A stretch of 64,000 bases of DNA from Klebsiella pneumoniae (GTDB lineage: Bacteria > Pseudomonadota > Gammaproteobacteria > Pseudomonadales > UBA5518). A model generated the notes under the pieces. The model was not told the origin of the DNA. It searched no databases and worked only from the letters and a program-made list of their open reading frames with translations. Positions 1-9,056 of the stretch are shown here, piece by piece. Every line of letters begins with the position of its first letter. The stretch's first letter is position 1. The translations under genes and the position numbers were made by a program. The stretch spans positions 388,295 to 452,294 of the forward strand of contig CAMAXE010000001.1 in the NCBI GenBank assembly GCA_945862145.1, given 5' to 3'.

Positions 1-331
1 CCGCGCGTTGCCGCCACCCGCGGGCGCCACGCACCGCTCAGTGCGCTCAACATCGCGCTCGCTGGCACCTCGCTGGTCACGGGCGGATTGGTCGACACCC
101 CGTACGCTGCGCGCTTTGCTGTGGCCGGGCGCCTTAGAGGCGGCCGCTCCATGCAATGGCCGCGTATTTATGCGTGCTCTGTTCCATGTGCCAGGTGCAA
201 TGTGCCAGGGGCCAGGTGCCGGGCGTCGCACCTCAGGCGCTGATTGCTCCGGGCGGCGCCACCCTGCTAGCATCAGGATCACCTGACCCGTGACGGTCAG
301 GAATATAGATAACGTCAACAGGAGACTTGCC

Positions 332-2911
332 ATGCGCCATACAACATCCTTGTCCCTTGCCCGCTTCCGTCTGCTGCCTCTGGTGCTTGCCGTTGCGGCA
401 GGCAGCGTGTCTGCGCAGGAAAAACTCATTCTTGAAGAAATCGTCGTCACCGCGCAGAAGCGCGAGCAGCAAATTCAGGACGTGCCGATATCGATGACGG
501 TGGACACGGCGGAGCTGCTCGAGAAAAAAGGCATCACCACCCTCGAGGGCCTCTCCAACCAGACTCCTAGCCTGTTCATCCAGGATGGCGGACGCGTTTC
601 CTCCGTGGCCATTCGCGGCCTCGGCAGCCCGGGTCTGGACACGGTCGAGAGTTCGGTGGGCATCTACGTCGATGAAATCTACTTCGGGCGCAGCCGCCTT
701 TCGCGCAACCCCCTGTTCGACATGGATAGGATCGAGGTACTGCGTGGCCCGCAAGGCACGCTTTACGGCCGCAACACGATCGCCGGCGCGATCAGCATGG
801 TCACCGCGCGCCCCACCGACGAGTTCCAGGGCCGCGTGCTCGCCGAGACCGGCAACATCGACTCCTACAAGTACGAGGGTTATCTCTCCGGCCCGCTGGC
901 CGACAACGTGTCCGGACGGGTAGCGGCCATGGCCTCGCACCGCGGCGCCTATCTCGAAAACAGTGAGGGGCCGGACGGCGGCGGTCAGGACACCGAGGCC
1001 TTCCGCGCCTCGCTTGCCTGGGATCCGGGCGAGTCCTTCTCCGTATTCGCCAAGTACGACCACATGAACCACCGTAACACCGGCATTTACGACCAGTTGA
1101 TCGCAGATCCCTTCGGCGTGTGGGCCAACTATCCCGGTATCGACCTGAAGGCAGACGACAAGCAGCAAGTGGGTGGCGTCGGTATCCAGAACATCGCCGA
1201 CAGCGTCGGTGGGTATTATGTTTCCGATGTAATGGCGGTGCACATGAACTGGGACATGGATAGCGGCTACTCGCTGAAGTCCATCACCGGCCTGAACAAA
1301 TACGACGCCCGCTCCAAGGACTACATCACAGCCAGCCCGGTCGATTCGCTCACCATCAACGGCTTGACCGAGCAGACCAAATACTGGAGCCAGGAACTGC
1401 GGCTGGAGTCGCCCACGGACAAGCCCTTCCGTTTCATCGCCGGACTCTTCGGTGACAGCTACAAGATGGGCACCCTGCCCCGCGACGGGCAATACGCGGC
1501 ACTCAATCTTGGCGGGGCAGTATTGCCCAACTTCGTGAACAGCCTCGCCACCACGCCGAATCTCGCTTTCCTGAACCTGCCCCAGTTCGGCGGCCCGGGC
1601 ACCCAAGCCAAGGTGGCCCAGGGTTTTGCCAATGGCACTCAGGAAAGCTTCCGCCTGATCACGCCAGCAGGCTCGCCTGATGGCCAGAACAGCAATCTGG
1701 ACCAGAACATCCAGACTTGGTCGGCGTATTTCGAGGGCACCTATGAATTCAACGAGCAATGGCAACTGACCCTCGGCGCCCGCTACACCGACGAGACCAA
1801 CAAAATCAAAATGGCCAAGGGTACCTACTACGTGAATGGCGATGATCTGCCATGGGGCGCCTTCCCGACCGGCGCACAGATCGCGGCAACGGCCATAGCG
1901 GCAGACCCCACGCTCTCGTCTGTTGGTGCGGGCTTGCTGGGGGTAATCTACGGCGGCACTTCAAATGCTCCGATCGGCGGTGGATTGCAGGTAAATGACC
2001 TGCCGCTGGTTATTGCAGCCCCCGGCGGCACACCGATCGCCAAGGACGAGATCTCCAAGGACCAGGTGATCCCCTCGGCCAAGCTGCAGTACTTCATGGA
2101 CGACAGCACGATGTTCTACCTGACGGTAGCCTCGGGCTTCAAGGCCGGCGGCTTCAACAGCTCAAACATCAATGTCTACAGCCGTGCAACCGACAGCTTC
2201 GACAGCGAAGATGCGCTCGCCATCGAGATCGGCGGTAAGTTCACATTGCTCGACGGTGCTGCTCAGTTGAATGTGGCGATCTTCCGCACCGAGTTTGATG
2301 AGCTTCAGGTATCCACCATCACGGCGCAGGGAGCGGCCACCGTCATCAACGCGGCGGGGGCTACCACCCAGGGACTTGAGCTCGACGGCAGCTGGCGGGC
2401 CAGCGAGACTGTCACCCTGGGGGCGTCCTATGCGTATCTCGACGCCAAGTACACCGACTCGATTCCGCTCACCTGCGGTGGTTACCAGAAGAAGATCCGC
2501 GAGCAGGGCGGTGAGGTATTCTCGGCAAGCAGCCCCTGCACCTTCTTGCTCGACGATCAGCCGAGCGGCGACGAATCCATGCAGCGGGCGCCCGAGAACA
2601 CGGTCACTATCTGGGGCGAGTACTACGCTCCGGTCAGCGGCGACTGGGATCTGCAGCTCTACGGCGCGCTCAACTACCGCGAAAAGTCCTCCACCTCGCT
2701 GGAGAACTATTTCTACGCCGACGACCTGACGCTGCTCAGCGGGCGGATCGCGCTGATGAACGAGTCCTCGGGCTGGGGCATCGCCCTGTTCGGCAACAAC
2801 CTGCTGGACGATGACGGCATTGTTCTGTCGCAGGACAACAGCGGCGGCGCCGTGAAGGGCATCATCACCACTCCGCGTACCTACGGACTGCAGCTCTCCA
2901 AGAGTCTCTAG
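332..2911 (+). CDS. TonB-dependent outer-membrane receptor
   Basis: ORF 290..2911. The ATG at 332 lies 6 nt after GGAGA (321-325) and yields a signal peptide (MRHTTSLSLARFRLLPLVLAVAAGSVSAQE). The plug-domain strings IVVTAQKREQQIQDVPISMTV and RIEVLRGPQGTLYGRNTIAGAI are typical of TonB-dependent receptors, and a long barrel-like C-terminal region follows. Confidence 0.9.
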   Translation: MRHTTSLSLARFRLLPLVLAVAAGSVSAQEKLILEEIVVTAQKREQQIQDVPISMTVDTAELLEKKGITTLEGLSNQTPSLFIQDGGRVSSVAIRGLGSPGLDTVESSVGIYVDEIYFGRSRLSRNPLFDMDRIEVLRGPQGTLYGRNTIAGAISMVTARPTDEFQGRVLAETGNIDSYKYEGYLSGPLADNVSGRVAAMASHRGAYLENSEGPDGGGQDTEAFRASLAWDPGESFSVFAKYDHMNHRNTGIYDQLIADPFGVWANYPGIDLKADDKQQVGGVGIQNIADSVGGYYVSDVMAVHMNWDMDSGYSLKSITGLNKYDARSKDYITASPVDSLTINGLTEQTKYWSQELRLESPTDKPFRFIAGLFGDSYKMGTLPRDGQYAALNLGGAVLPNFVNSLATTPNLAFLNLPQFGGPGTQAKVAQGFANGTQESFRLITPAGSPDGQNSNLDQNIQTWSAYFEGTYEFNEQWQLTLGARYTDETNKIKMAKGTYYVNGDDLPWGAFPTGAQIAATAIAADPTLSSVGAGLLGVIYGGTSNAPIGGGLQVNDLPLVIAAPGGTPIAKDEISKDQVIPSAKLQYFMDDSTMFYLTVASGFKAGGFNSSNINVYSRATDSFDSEDALAIEIGGKFTLLDGAAQLNVAIFRTEFDELQVSTITAQGAATVINAAGATTQGLELDGSWRASETVTLGASYAYLDAKYTDSIPLTCGGYQKKIREQGGEVFSASSPCTFLLDDQPSGDESMQRAPENTVTIWGEYYAPVSGDWDLQLYGALNYREKSSTSLENYFYADDLTLLSGRIALMNESSGWGIALFGNNLLDDDGIVLSQDNSGGAVKGIITTPRTYGLQLSKSL

Positions 2912-2929
2912 CGCGCATTGACCAGCTGT

Positions 2930-2962
2930 CACGCGGCGCAGTCACACCCACTGCGCCGCGTG
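2930..2962 (+). terminator. GC-rich hairpin downstream of the receptor gene (candidate intrinsic terminator)
   Basis: Perfect 13-bp inverted repeat CACGCGGCGCAGT (2930-2942) / ACTGCGCCGCGTG (2950-2962) with a 7-nt loop, about 18 nt after the stop codon. It is followed by CTTCTAT rather than a long T-tract. Confidence 0.55.
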
Positions 2963-3004
2963 CTTCTATAATCCGGGCGCACACCTGAAGGCCCGGAGGC
3001 CCGC

Positions 3005-4717
3005 GTGGATCAGATCAAGCAACGCTTCGATGAAGCCTACCGTCAGATCACGGCGGCAGGTTCTCCCTGGGAGATCGCTGAGACCTCGCTCGAGGGACAC
3101 CGCTACCGCGCCTTCACCAAGGCCCCGCGGAATCTGCGCGAGGTGTTCGCGCCCGCGCGTGTGCATGGCGACAAGGAATTCGTGGTCTACGATGGCGAAC
3201 GCTGGAGTTTCGCGCGCCTCATGCGCCTTGCCGACGAGATCGGCCACGCCCTGCTGACAGGCGCAGGCATCGGACGCGGCGAGCGCGTGGCTATTGCGAT
3301 GCGTAACTACCCCGAGTGGCTGGCGGCGTTCATCGCCATCACCAGTGTGGGCGCAGTTGCGGTACCCCTGAACAGCTGGGGGCGCGCCGAAGAGCTTGAG
3401 TACGCGCTGACGGATGCCGGCGCCCACCTGGTCTTCTGCGACCAGCAGCGGCTCGAGTATCTGGCCCCGCGCTTGGGCGCTCTTGGCATCAGCGCGGTTC
3501 TGGTCCGTGGCGCCGGTGCCCCGCTGCCCGCGGGAGTGCGATCGCTGGATGATTTCCTGTCGATGTCCGCCGGAGCATCGCTGCCGGAGGTGGATATCGA
3601 GCCTCAGGACTTGGCAATGATGCTCTATACCTCGGGCACCACCGGCAAGCCCAAGGGAGCGGCTTCGACCCACCTTGCGGTATGTCAGGCGGTGACCTGC
3701 TTCGAGTGCTCTGGCGCGGCCGCGGGAATGGCTAACCCCGAGGCCATCGGCGCCATGATGCAGTCTGGCTTCGCACCCACCGTGATGCTGGCGTATCCGC
3801 TGTTCCATGTGAGCGGGCTGTATGCGGTTTTCCTGCTCTCGCTGCGCGCCGGACGCAGGATCGTGATGATGTACAAATGGGACGTGCAACGGGCGCTGGA
3901 GTATATCGAGTCCGAAAAAGTGACGATGTTGACGGGCGCGCCCTCGATGCTGCTCGAGCTGCTGGAGTCCCCGGCGTTCGCCCGTCATGACACCAGCAGC
4001 CTCATGAGCCTCGGTGCAGGCGGTGCGGCTACGCCGGTCAAACTCGGCAAGCTGATGTTCGAGCGGGTGCGCAACCCCTTTCCGGGCGCCGGCTGGGGCA
4101 TGACCGAAACCAATGCGCTGGGCAGTTCGTTCACCGGACAGGCGTTCGGGGAGCGCATGGGCAGTTCGGGCTTCGTACAGCCGATCATCGATCTGCGTTT
4201 TCTGGATGAGGAAGGCGAGGAGCTGCCGTCAGGCGTACCCGGCCACATCTGGGTGAAAAGCATCACGCTGATCCAGGGCTACTGGAATCGCCCGGATGCC
4301 AATGCCAAGGAATTCCGCGATGGCTGGTTCAACACCGGAGACATCGGCTACCTCGATGCGGACGGCTATCTTTTTATCTCCGACCGGGCGAAGGACATGG
4401 TGATACGCGGCGGGGAGAACGTGTATCCGCTGGAGATCGAGTCGACGCTGATGAACCGCCCCGATGTGATCGAAGTGGTGGCCTTCGGGGTGCCCGATGA
4501 ACAAATGGGCGAAGAAGTCGCCATGGTGGTGCGTGCCGCGCACGGTGCGCCGCTGGATGCCGCGACCATACGCGCGTGGCTGGGCGAGCGACTGGCGGCG
4601 TTCAAGATCCCCCGCTACATCGAGTTCACCACGGATCCCCTGCCCCGCAACGCCATGCAGAAAATCTTGAAAAGAGACATACGCGCTGCGTTCATCGAAG
4701 GCAAGGCAGGCACCTAG
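3005..4717 (+). CDS. AMP-dependent acyl-CoA synthetase/ligase
   Basis: 570-aa ORF with a GTG start. It carries the AMP-binding signature MLYTSGTTGKPKGA and the downstream motifs GWFNTGDIGYLDADGYLFISDRAKDMVIRGGENVYP and IPRYIEF..LPRNAMQKILKR. Confidence 0.9.
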   Translation: MDQIKQRFDEAYRQITAAGSPWEIAETSLEGHRYRAFTKAPRNLREVFAPARVHGDKEFVVYDGERWSFARLMRLADEIGHALLTGAGIGRGERVAIAMRNYPEWLAAFIAITSVGAVAVPLNSWGRAEELEYALTDAGAHLVFCDQQRLEYLAPRLGALGISAVLVRGAGAPLPAGVRSLDDFLSMSAGASLPEVDIEPQDLAMMLYTSGTTGKPKGAASTHLAVCQAVTCFECSGAAAGMANPEAIGAMMQSGFAPTVMLAYPLFHVSGLYAVFLLSLRAGRRIVMMYKWDVQRALEYIESEKVTMLTGAPSMLLELLESPAFARHDTSSLMSLGAGGAATPVKLGKLMFERVRNPFPGAGWGMTETNALGSSFTGQAFGERMGSSGFVQPIIDLRFLDEEGEELPSGVPGHIWVKSITLIQGYWNRPDANAKEFRDGWFNTGDIGYLDADGYLFISDRAKDMVIRGGENVYPLEIESTLMNRPDVIEVVAFGVPDEQMGEEVAMVVRAAHGAPLDAATIRAWLGERLAAFKIPRYIEFTTDPLPRNAMQKILKRDIRAAFIEGKAGT

Positions 4718-4720
4718 GCA

Positions 4721-6250
4721 ATGCACGAAGGCAGCGTGCCACCGGATTGGGAACCGCTATTGCAGGAGCTTGCCGAGCGGCGTGATGCCGCGCGCGCGAT
4801 GGGTGGTTCGGAACGCCTTGCCCGACTTTCGCAAGCAGGGCGCCTCAATGCACGCCAGCAACTCGAGGCGCTCTGCGATGCCGGGTCCTTCCGGGAGATC
4901 GGCACCCTGGCCGGTTCCGAACCCGCAGCGGGGCTACCACCTGCGCCCGCCGATGCGCTCGTAGGAGGACTCGCGCGTATCGACGGACGTCCCGTAGTGG
5001 TCGGTGCCGAGGACTTCAGCGTGCAGGGTGGCTCGATTGGTTTCGCCACCGCCGCGAAACGCCTGCGACTCGCGCGGCTCGCGCGCCAGGAGCGCACACC
5101 GCTGGTGATGTTGCTGGACGGCGCCGGCGAGCGCGCCTCGAACGCGCTGCAACGCTACCCCTACGCGCCGAACGACATGCAGGAGATGGCTGCTCTCTCC
5201 GGCCTGGTACCTACGGTGGCAATCGTCACGGGCTCCTCGGCGGGCCACGGCGCGGTGACGGCTCTGCTCAGCGATCTTGTCATCATGCTGGAGAAATCCT
5301 CTCTCTTCGCCGCAGGACCCGCACTGGTGGCCGCCGCCACGGGTGAGGCTGTCAGCAAGGAGGAACTGGGCGGTGCCTCGATTCATGCCGCGCACAGTGG
5401 GGTTGCCCACAATCTGGTGGCAGACGAGCAGCAGGCCTTCGCGCTGCTGCGGCGCTACCTCGCGTTACTGCCGCGAAACGCCTGGGCGTGGCCCCCGCGG
5501 GGAGCGGGTCCGGATCAGGGCCCCCGACGGCTCGATGCCCTGCTCTCGCTAGTCCCGCGGGACCCGCAGCGCCCCTACGATATGCGCACGGTTATACGGG
5601 AGTTGCTGGACGGCAGCGAGATGCTGGAACTGCAGCCCCTGTTCGGCCGCTCGATGCTCACCGTGCTGGGACGACTTGGCGGCGAGTCCGTGGCGGTGGT
5701 CGCGAACCAGCCAACCACGCTCGCAGGGGCCATTGATCGCGATGCCGCCGACAAGAGCGCACGGTTCCTCCAGATCGCCGACAGCTTTCACCTGCCGGTG
5801 ATTTTCCTGGCCGATAACCCGGGCGTACTCTCGGGCAGCAAGGCGGAGCGCGCGGGAACGCTGCGTGCCGCGGCGCGTCTTTATATGGCGCAGGCGCGCC
5901 TCAGGGTGCCGAAACTCCACGTGACGCTTCGCAAGGCCTATGGCTTTGGCAGTTCGGTGATGGGCATGAACCCGTTCGATGGCCAGACGCTCACGCTGGC
6001 ATTCCCCGGTGTGAGTCTCGGGGGCCTGCCCGCCGCAGGTGCCGCCGTAGCGGGCTACGACGAGGCCGGACGCCAGCGCATGGCCGAGCGTCAGTCTGAG
6101 GGCGCCTGGAGCGCCGGTGACACGCTCGCCTACGACGAGATCATCGACCCGCGCGAATTGCGCGACGTGCTGCTGGCCGGGCTGGAACTGGCCCGCGGAC
6201 GCCGTGATGCGGCGTCGGAGCCTGCGCGTCATACCGGTATCTGGCCCTGA
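4721..6250 (+). CDS. acyl-CoA carboxylase carboxyltransferase (beta) subunit family protein
   Basis: 509-aa ORF starting 4 nt after the ligase stop. Carboxyl-transferase domain strings are present (GRPVVVGAEDFSVQGGSIGFATAAKRLRLARLA, VPTVAIVTGSSAGHGA, ANQPTTLAGAIDRDAADKSARFLQIADSFHLPVIFLADNPG). Confidence 0.85.
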   Translation: MHEGSVPPDWEPLLQELAERRDAARAMGGSERLARLSQAGRLNARQQLEALCDAGSFREIGTLAGSEPAAGLPPAPADALVGGLARIDGRPVVVGAEDFSVQGGSIGFATAAKRLRLARLARQERTPLVMLLDGAGERASNALQRYPYAPNDMQEMAALSGLVPTVAIVTGSSAGHGAVTALLSDLVIMLEKSSLFAAGPALVAAATGEAVSKEELGGASIHAAHSGVAHNLVADEQQAFALLRRYLALLPRNAWAWPPRGAGPDQGPRRLDALLSLVPRDPQRPYDMRTVIRELLDGSEMLELQPLFGRSMLTVLGRLGGESVAVVANQPTTLAGAIDRDAADKSARFLQIADSFHLPVIFLADNPGVLSGSKAERAGTLRAAARLYMAQARLRVPKLHVTLRKAYGFGSSVMGMNPFDGQTLTLAFPGVSLGGLPAAGAAVAGYDEAGRQRMAERQSEGAWSAGDTLAYDEIIDPRELRDVLLAGLELARGRRDAASEPARHTGIWP

Positions 6251-6289
6251 GATCGAGACGCCGACACATCCGCAACGGGAGACACATCG

Positions 6290-6700
6290 ATGCCATCACC
6301 CACCAGCTTCGCCATTCTCGGACTGGCCACATGGCTGATCGTGACCGTGTTGGGGGTCGCGGGGTTTCGCCTCTATCGCACGCTCGCCTCCGGCAAGGCC
6401 GCCAACACATTCCGGGCCGACGGCACCGACCTCCCCGGGCTCGGCGAGCGGCTGGTGAGGGTGCATGCGAACTGCGTCGAGAACATCCCGCTCTACATCG
6501 CGGTCATGCTCTTTGCGATGGCAAGCGGGCAGACCGCGATCACTGATGCCGGTGCTGGCATGCTGCTCTACGCGCGTATGGCCCAAAGCATTGTGCATGC
6601 AGCCTCGAGCAGCGTACCTGCGGTACTCCTGCGATTCGGCTTCTACGCACTGCAGACCGGGCTCATCCTCTGGTGGCTGTGGCAGATGATCTCTGCCTGA
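6290..6700 (+). CDS. MAPEG-family membrane protein
   Basis: 136-aa ORF with four hydrophobic segments. The string RVHANCVENIPLYIAVMLFA matches the conserved R-x-H-x-N-x-x-E-N-x-P region of MAPEG/glutathione-transferase-like membrane proteins. Confidence 0.7.
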   Translation: MPSPTSFAILGLATWLIVTVLGVAGFRLYRTLASGKAANTFRADGTDLPGLGERLVRVHANCVENIPLYIAVMLFAMASGQTAITDAGAGMLLYARMAQSIVHAASSSVPAVLLRFGFYALQTGLILWWLWQMISA

Positions 6701-7483
6701 TCAGCCGGCCGGCTCCGACAGGAAGTTGAGCGGCAGGCCGATGTGCTCCCTGAACATCATGTCGCGGTGCTCGATCAGCAGCGGATCCAGCGCGGCGGCG
6801 ATCACGGGGCCGATGTCCGTGTAGGGCACACGCATATAGGCAGGCATCGGGCAGAGCTCCGGCGGAAGCGGCTGGAGCATGTTGGCAAAGCTCGCCCAGT
6901 ACAGATCGAGTGCACTCACCGCGTCCCCAAAAAAATACGGCACTCCACGGGCGTGCTGGAGACGCAGGGTGCGCGCAAGTTCCTCAAGGATTGCCGCCAC
7001 TTTGGCGGGTGCCGCCGCGGCAAGCCCGGGGCGACAACCGTAGCGCTCAGCGAGCCGCAGGATGTTCGGGGGCGCATCGGGCGCGCTCATCAAAGGCTCG
7101 ATCATCATGATGCGGCGCTCCCAGCCGATGCCACGGCGCCCTATCACCTCACGGATCAGGCCGAACATACGGACCCGCTCGGTGACGTCCTCAGGAATGA
7201 GCCGTGGCTCGGGCGCAAGGCGTTCTGCGAGAAACAGGATATCGAGCGAGTCGCTGCGCGGTGGCTCGTCGTTCCACACCGCAACTGGTGCGCCTGCCTG
7301 CCCGGTCCACGCCTGCAGTTCCGCGTTCTCGCCGCCGCCCTGCTGCGCCACGGCCAGGTACGACAGACCCTTGAAGGCGAGGATGTATTTGGCGGCTTCG
7401 CCCCACGGGCCGGGAACGTCGGCCGTCAGCACCAGGCGCAAACCCGTGGCAGCCCGTCCCTGCGCAACGCTTGCATAATGCAT
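6701..7483 (-). CDS. glutathione S-transferase-like protein
   Basis: 260-aa ORF with good high-GC third-position codon bias. The N-terminal thioredoxin-like region (LVLTADVPGPWGEAAKYILAFKGLSY...APVAVWNDEPPRSDSLDILFLAE) resembles a GST N-domain. The family call is tentative. Confidence 0.55.
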   Translation of the reverse strand: MHYASVAQGRAATGLRLVLTADVPGPWGEAAKYILAFKGLSYLAVAQQGGGENAELQAWTGQAGAPVAVWNDEPPRSDSLDILFLAERLAPEPRLIPEDVTERVRMFGLIREVIGRRGIGWERRIMMIEPLMSAPDAPPNILRLAERYGCRPGLAAAAPAKVAAILEELARTLRLQHARGVPYFFGDAVSALDLYWASFANMLQPLPPELCPMPAYMRVPYTDIGPVIAAALDPLLIEHRDMMFREHIGLPLNFLSEPAG

Positions 7484-7500
7484 CGGAGTTTCCTTTCGAA

Positions 7501-8376
7501 TCAGAGTTTGAAAACGCGGATTGCGTTGTCACGCAGAAACAGCGGCCAGACTTCATCGCGGAGCGCCACACCAGGCATCTCGCGGAATATGCGCTCCAGC
7601 GAGAGCCCCATGGGGAAGTAGCCGGCATAGAGGATCTTGCCCGCCCCCCGGGTGTTGGCAAAATCGATGATGTCCTTCGGGTAATAACGCGGGGCGAACG
7701 CGCTCGTCATGTAATGCAGGTTGGGGTATTTCAGCATCAGCTTCACAGCGAGCTCGGTCCAGGGCTCGCAGCCGTGCCGCGTCACGATCCGCAGTTCCGG
7801 AAAAAACCAGCACACCTCATCGAGCAGTTCGACGCGCTGCGGGTCCATCGGCAGGCGCGGGCCCGGCACGCCCATGCACGGACAAAACGGCAGATCGAGA
7901 TCAATCAGCGCTGCATAGATCGGGTACCAGCGCTTATCGTTCACCGGCACCTGCGGACACAGACCTGAAGGGAATGCCGTTACCGCCTTGATGTCGTAGT
8001 CGCGGTGCAGCCGGCGGATCTTGCGCACCTCGTCCATGGCATTGTTCGGGTTTGCCTCGTAGCTGCAGAAAAAACGTGCGGGAAACCGACGCAAGGCCTC
8101 CTTGGTTACCTCGTTGGTATCGTCGATGCCGAGCATCGCCCGCGCGATGCCGAAGCGGTCCATCTGCGAGACGGTCCAGGCAATGTAGTCCTCCTTGCCC
8201 TCGACCGTCGGGATGTCCTTGAACATGTACTGCGCGGGCATGCTGAACTGCTCGCGGCTCTCCTGATCGAGTAGCAGGGGTTTCATGAAGTCGTACCAGT
8301 GCGTGTTGTCCGCCCCTGGAATGTTCATCATCAGATCGATAACGCCTGTGCCTTCTGGCATACCCATGCGTTGCAA
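7501..8376 (-). CDS. amidohydrolase-2 (ACMSD-like) family metal-dependent hydrolase
   Basis: 291-aa ORF. VIDLMMNIP at the N-terminus, an internal TIM-barrel-like pattern (IKAVTAFPSGL, DLPFCPCMG, LRIVTRHGCEPW) and the C-terminal NAIRVFKL are typical of the amidohydrolase-2 family. Confidence 0.75.
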   Translation of the reverse strand: MQRMGMPEGTGVIDLMMNIPGADNTHWYDFMKPLLLDQESREQFSMPAQYMFKDIPTVEGKEDYIAWTVSQMDRFGIARAMLGIDDTNEVTKEALRRFPARFFCSYEANPNNAMDEVRKIRRLHRDYDIKAVTAFPSGLCPQVPVNDKRWYPIYAALIDLDLPFCPCMGVPGPRLPMDPQRVELLDEVCWFFPELRIVTRHGCEPWTELAVKLMLKYPNLHYMTSAFAPRYYPKDIIDFANTRGAGKILYAGYFPMGLSLERIFREMPGVALRDEVWPLFLRDNAIRVFKL

Positions 8377-8382
8377 CTCTCC

Positions 8383-9000
8383 TCAGCGTGGTCGAATGAA
8401 AAGGGCTTCCGCCGAGGCGCAGAGTGCTCCGCCGGCGCTGATCGTCCCGCGGCTACGGACCTTGCGGCCGTCTACCGATACCGTCTCGCCAGAGAGTTCG
8501 AGTTCCTGCTCGATCGGCGTCGGACGGTGGAAACGCACCGTCATCTCACCGGTGAAGGAGCCCGCTCCGTTCAGAAAATTGGTGAGACCCATGATCTCAT
8601 CGAGCGCGGCGGCGACGATGCCTCCGTGTACCGTCTGCGGCGCACCAACGAAGCGCACCGGTATGCTTCCCCTGCCCCGCAGGACCGGCCCGTCGACGCG
8701 GAACTCGAGTCGTGGCGATACCGGGTTGCGTCGACCGATGATCGGGCTCCACGGCATCAGTTCGTGGGGAGCAAGCGCACGCAGATCCTGCGGGAGTCGG
8801 GGATCAAGGCCGCGGGCCGACTGCGAGTGCGGGCCTGCGTGCGCATGCGGCGCGAGCAATGCGAGGGCCTGCTCGAGCCGCGCACGCACGGCCTCGAGGA
8901 CATCCTCGGGGGCATCAGCAATGCGCAGGGCATCCAGCAGGTGCCCGCAACAGGCGCTGGTCTCCTCGACTGCAACGGGATCAGCGCGCAATTCCGACAT
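8383..9000 (-). CDS. PaaI/hotdog-fold thioesterase family protein
   Basis: 205-aa ORF. The C-terminal half contains the hotdog-fold signature TVHGGIVAAALDEIMG followed by beta-rich sequence. Confidence 0.7.
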   Translation of the reverse strand: MSELRADPVAVEETSACCGHLLDALRIADAPEDVLEAVRARLEQALALLAPHAHAGPHSQSARGLDPRLPQDLRALAPHELMPWSPIIGRRNPVSPRLEFRVDGPVLRGRGSIPVRFVGAPQTVHGGIVAAALDEIMGLTNFLNGAGSFTGEMTVRFHRPTPIEQELELSGETVSVDGRKVRSRGTISAGGALCASAEALFIRPR

Positions 9001-9056
9001 TCACAACTCCTTGGAGGCTCGGGCGTGCAGCGTGGCAGCGTTTGCGCCAGCGTTGT

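Noticed and set aside
1-243. Frame 1 is open from the window edge to a TGA at 241-243, with GC-rich third positions over roughly the first 130 nt (…LSALNIALAGTSLVTGGLVDTPYAARFAVAG…). This is possibly the 3' end of an upstream gene.
   Set aside because: The stretch is too short and shows no recognisable motif, and the last about 100 nt of the frame look non-coding (rare codons, repeat motifs). I cannot support it as a feature.
233-1765. A 510-aa ORF lies antisense to the TonB-dependent receptor gene. Similar long antisense ORFs include 46002..47189, 48420..49529, 57037..58869 and 60216..61166.
   Set aside because: These are typical high-GC shadow ORFs: Arg/Gly/Ala/His-rich, with no recognisable motifs, each fully overlapping a CDS that has clear family signatures on the other strand.
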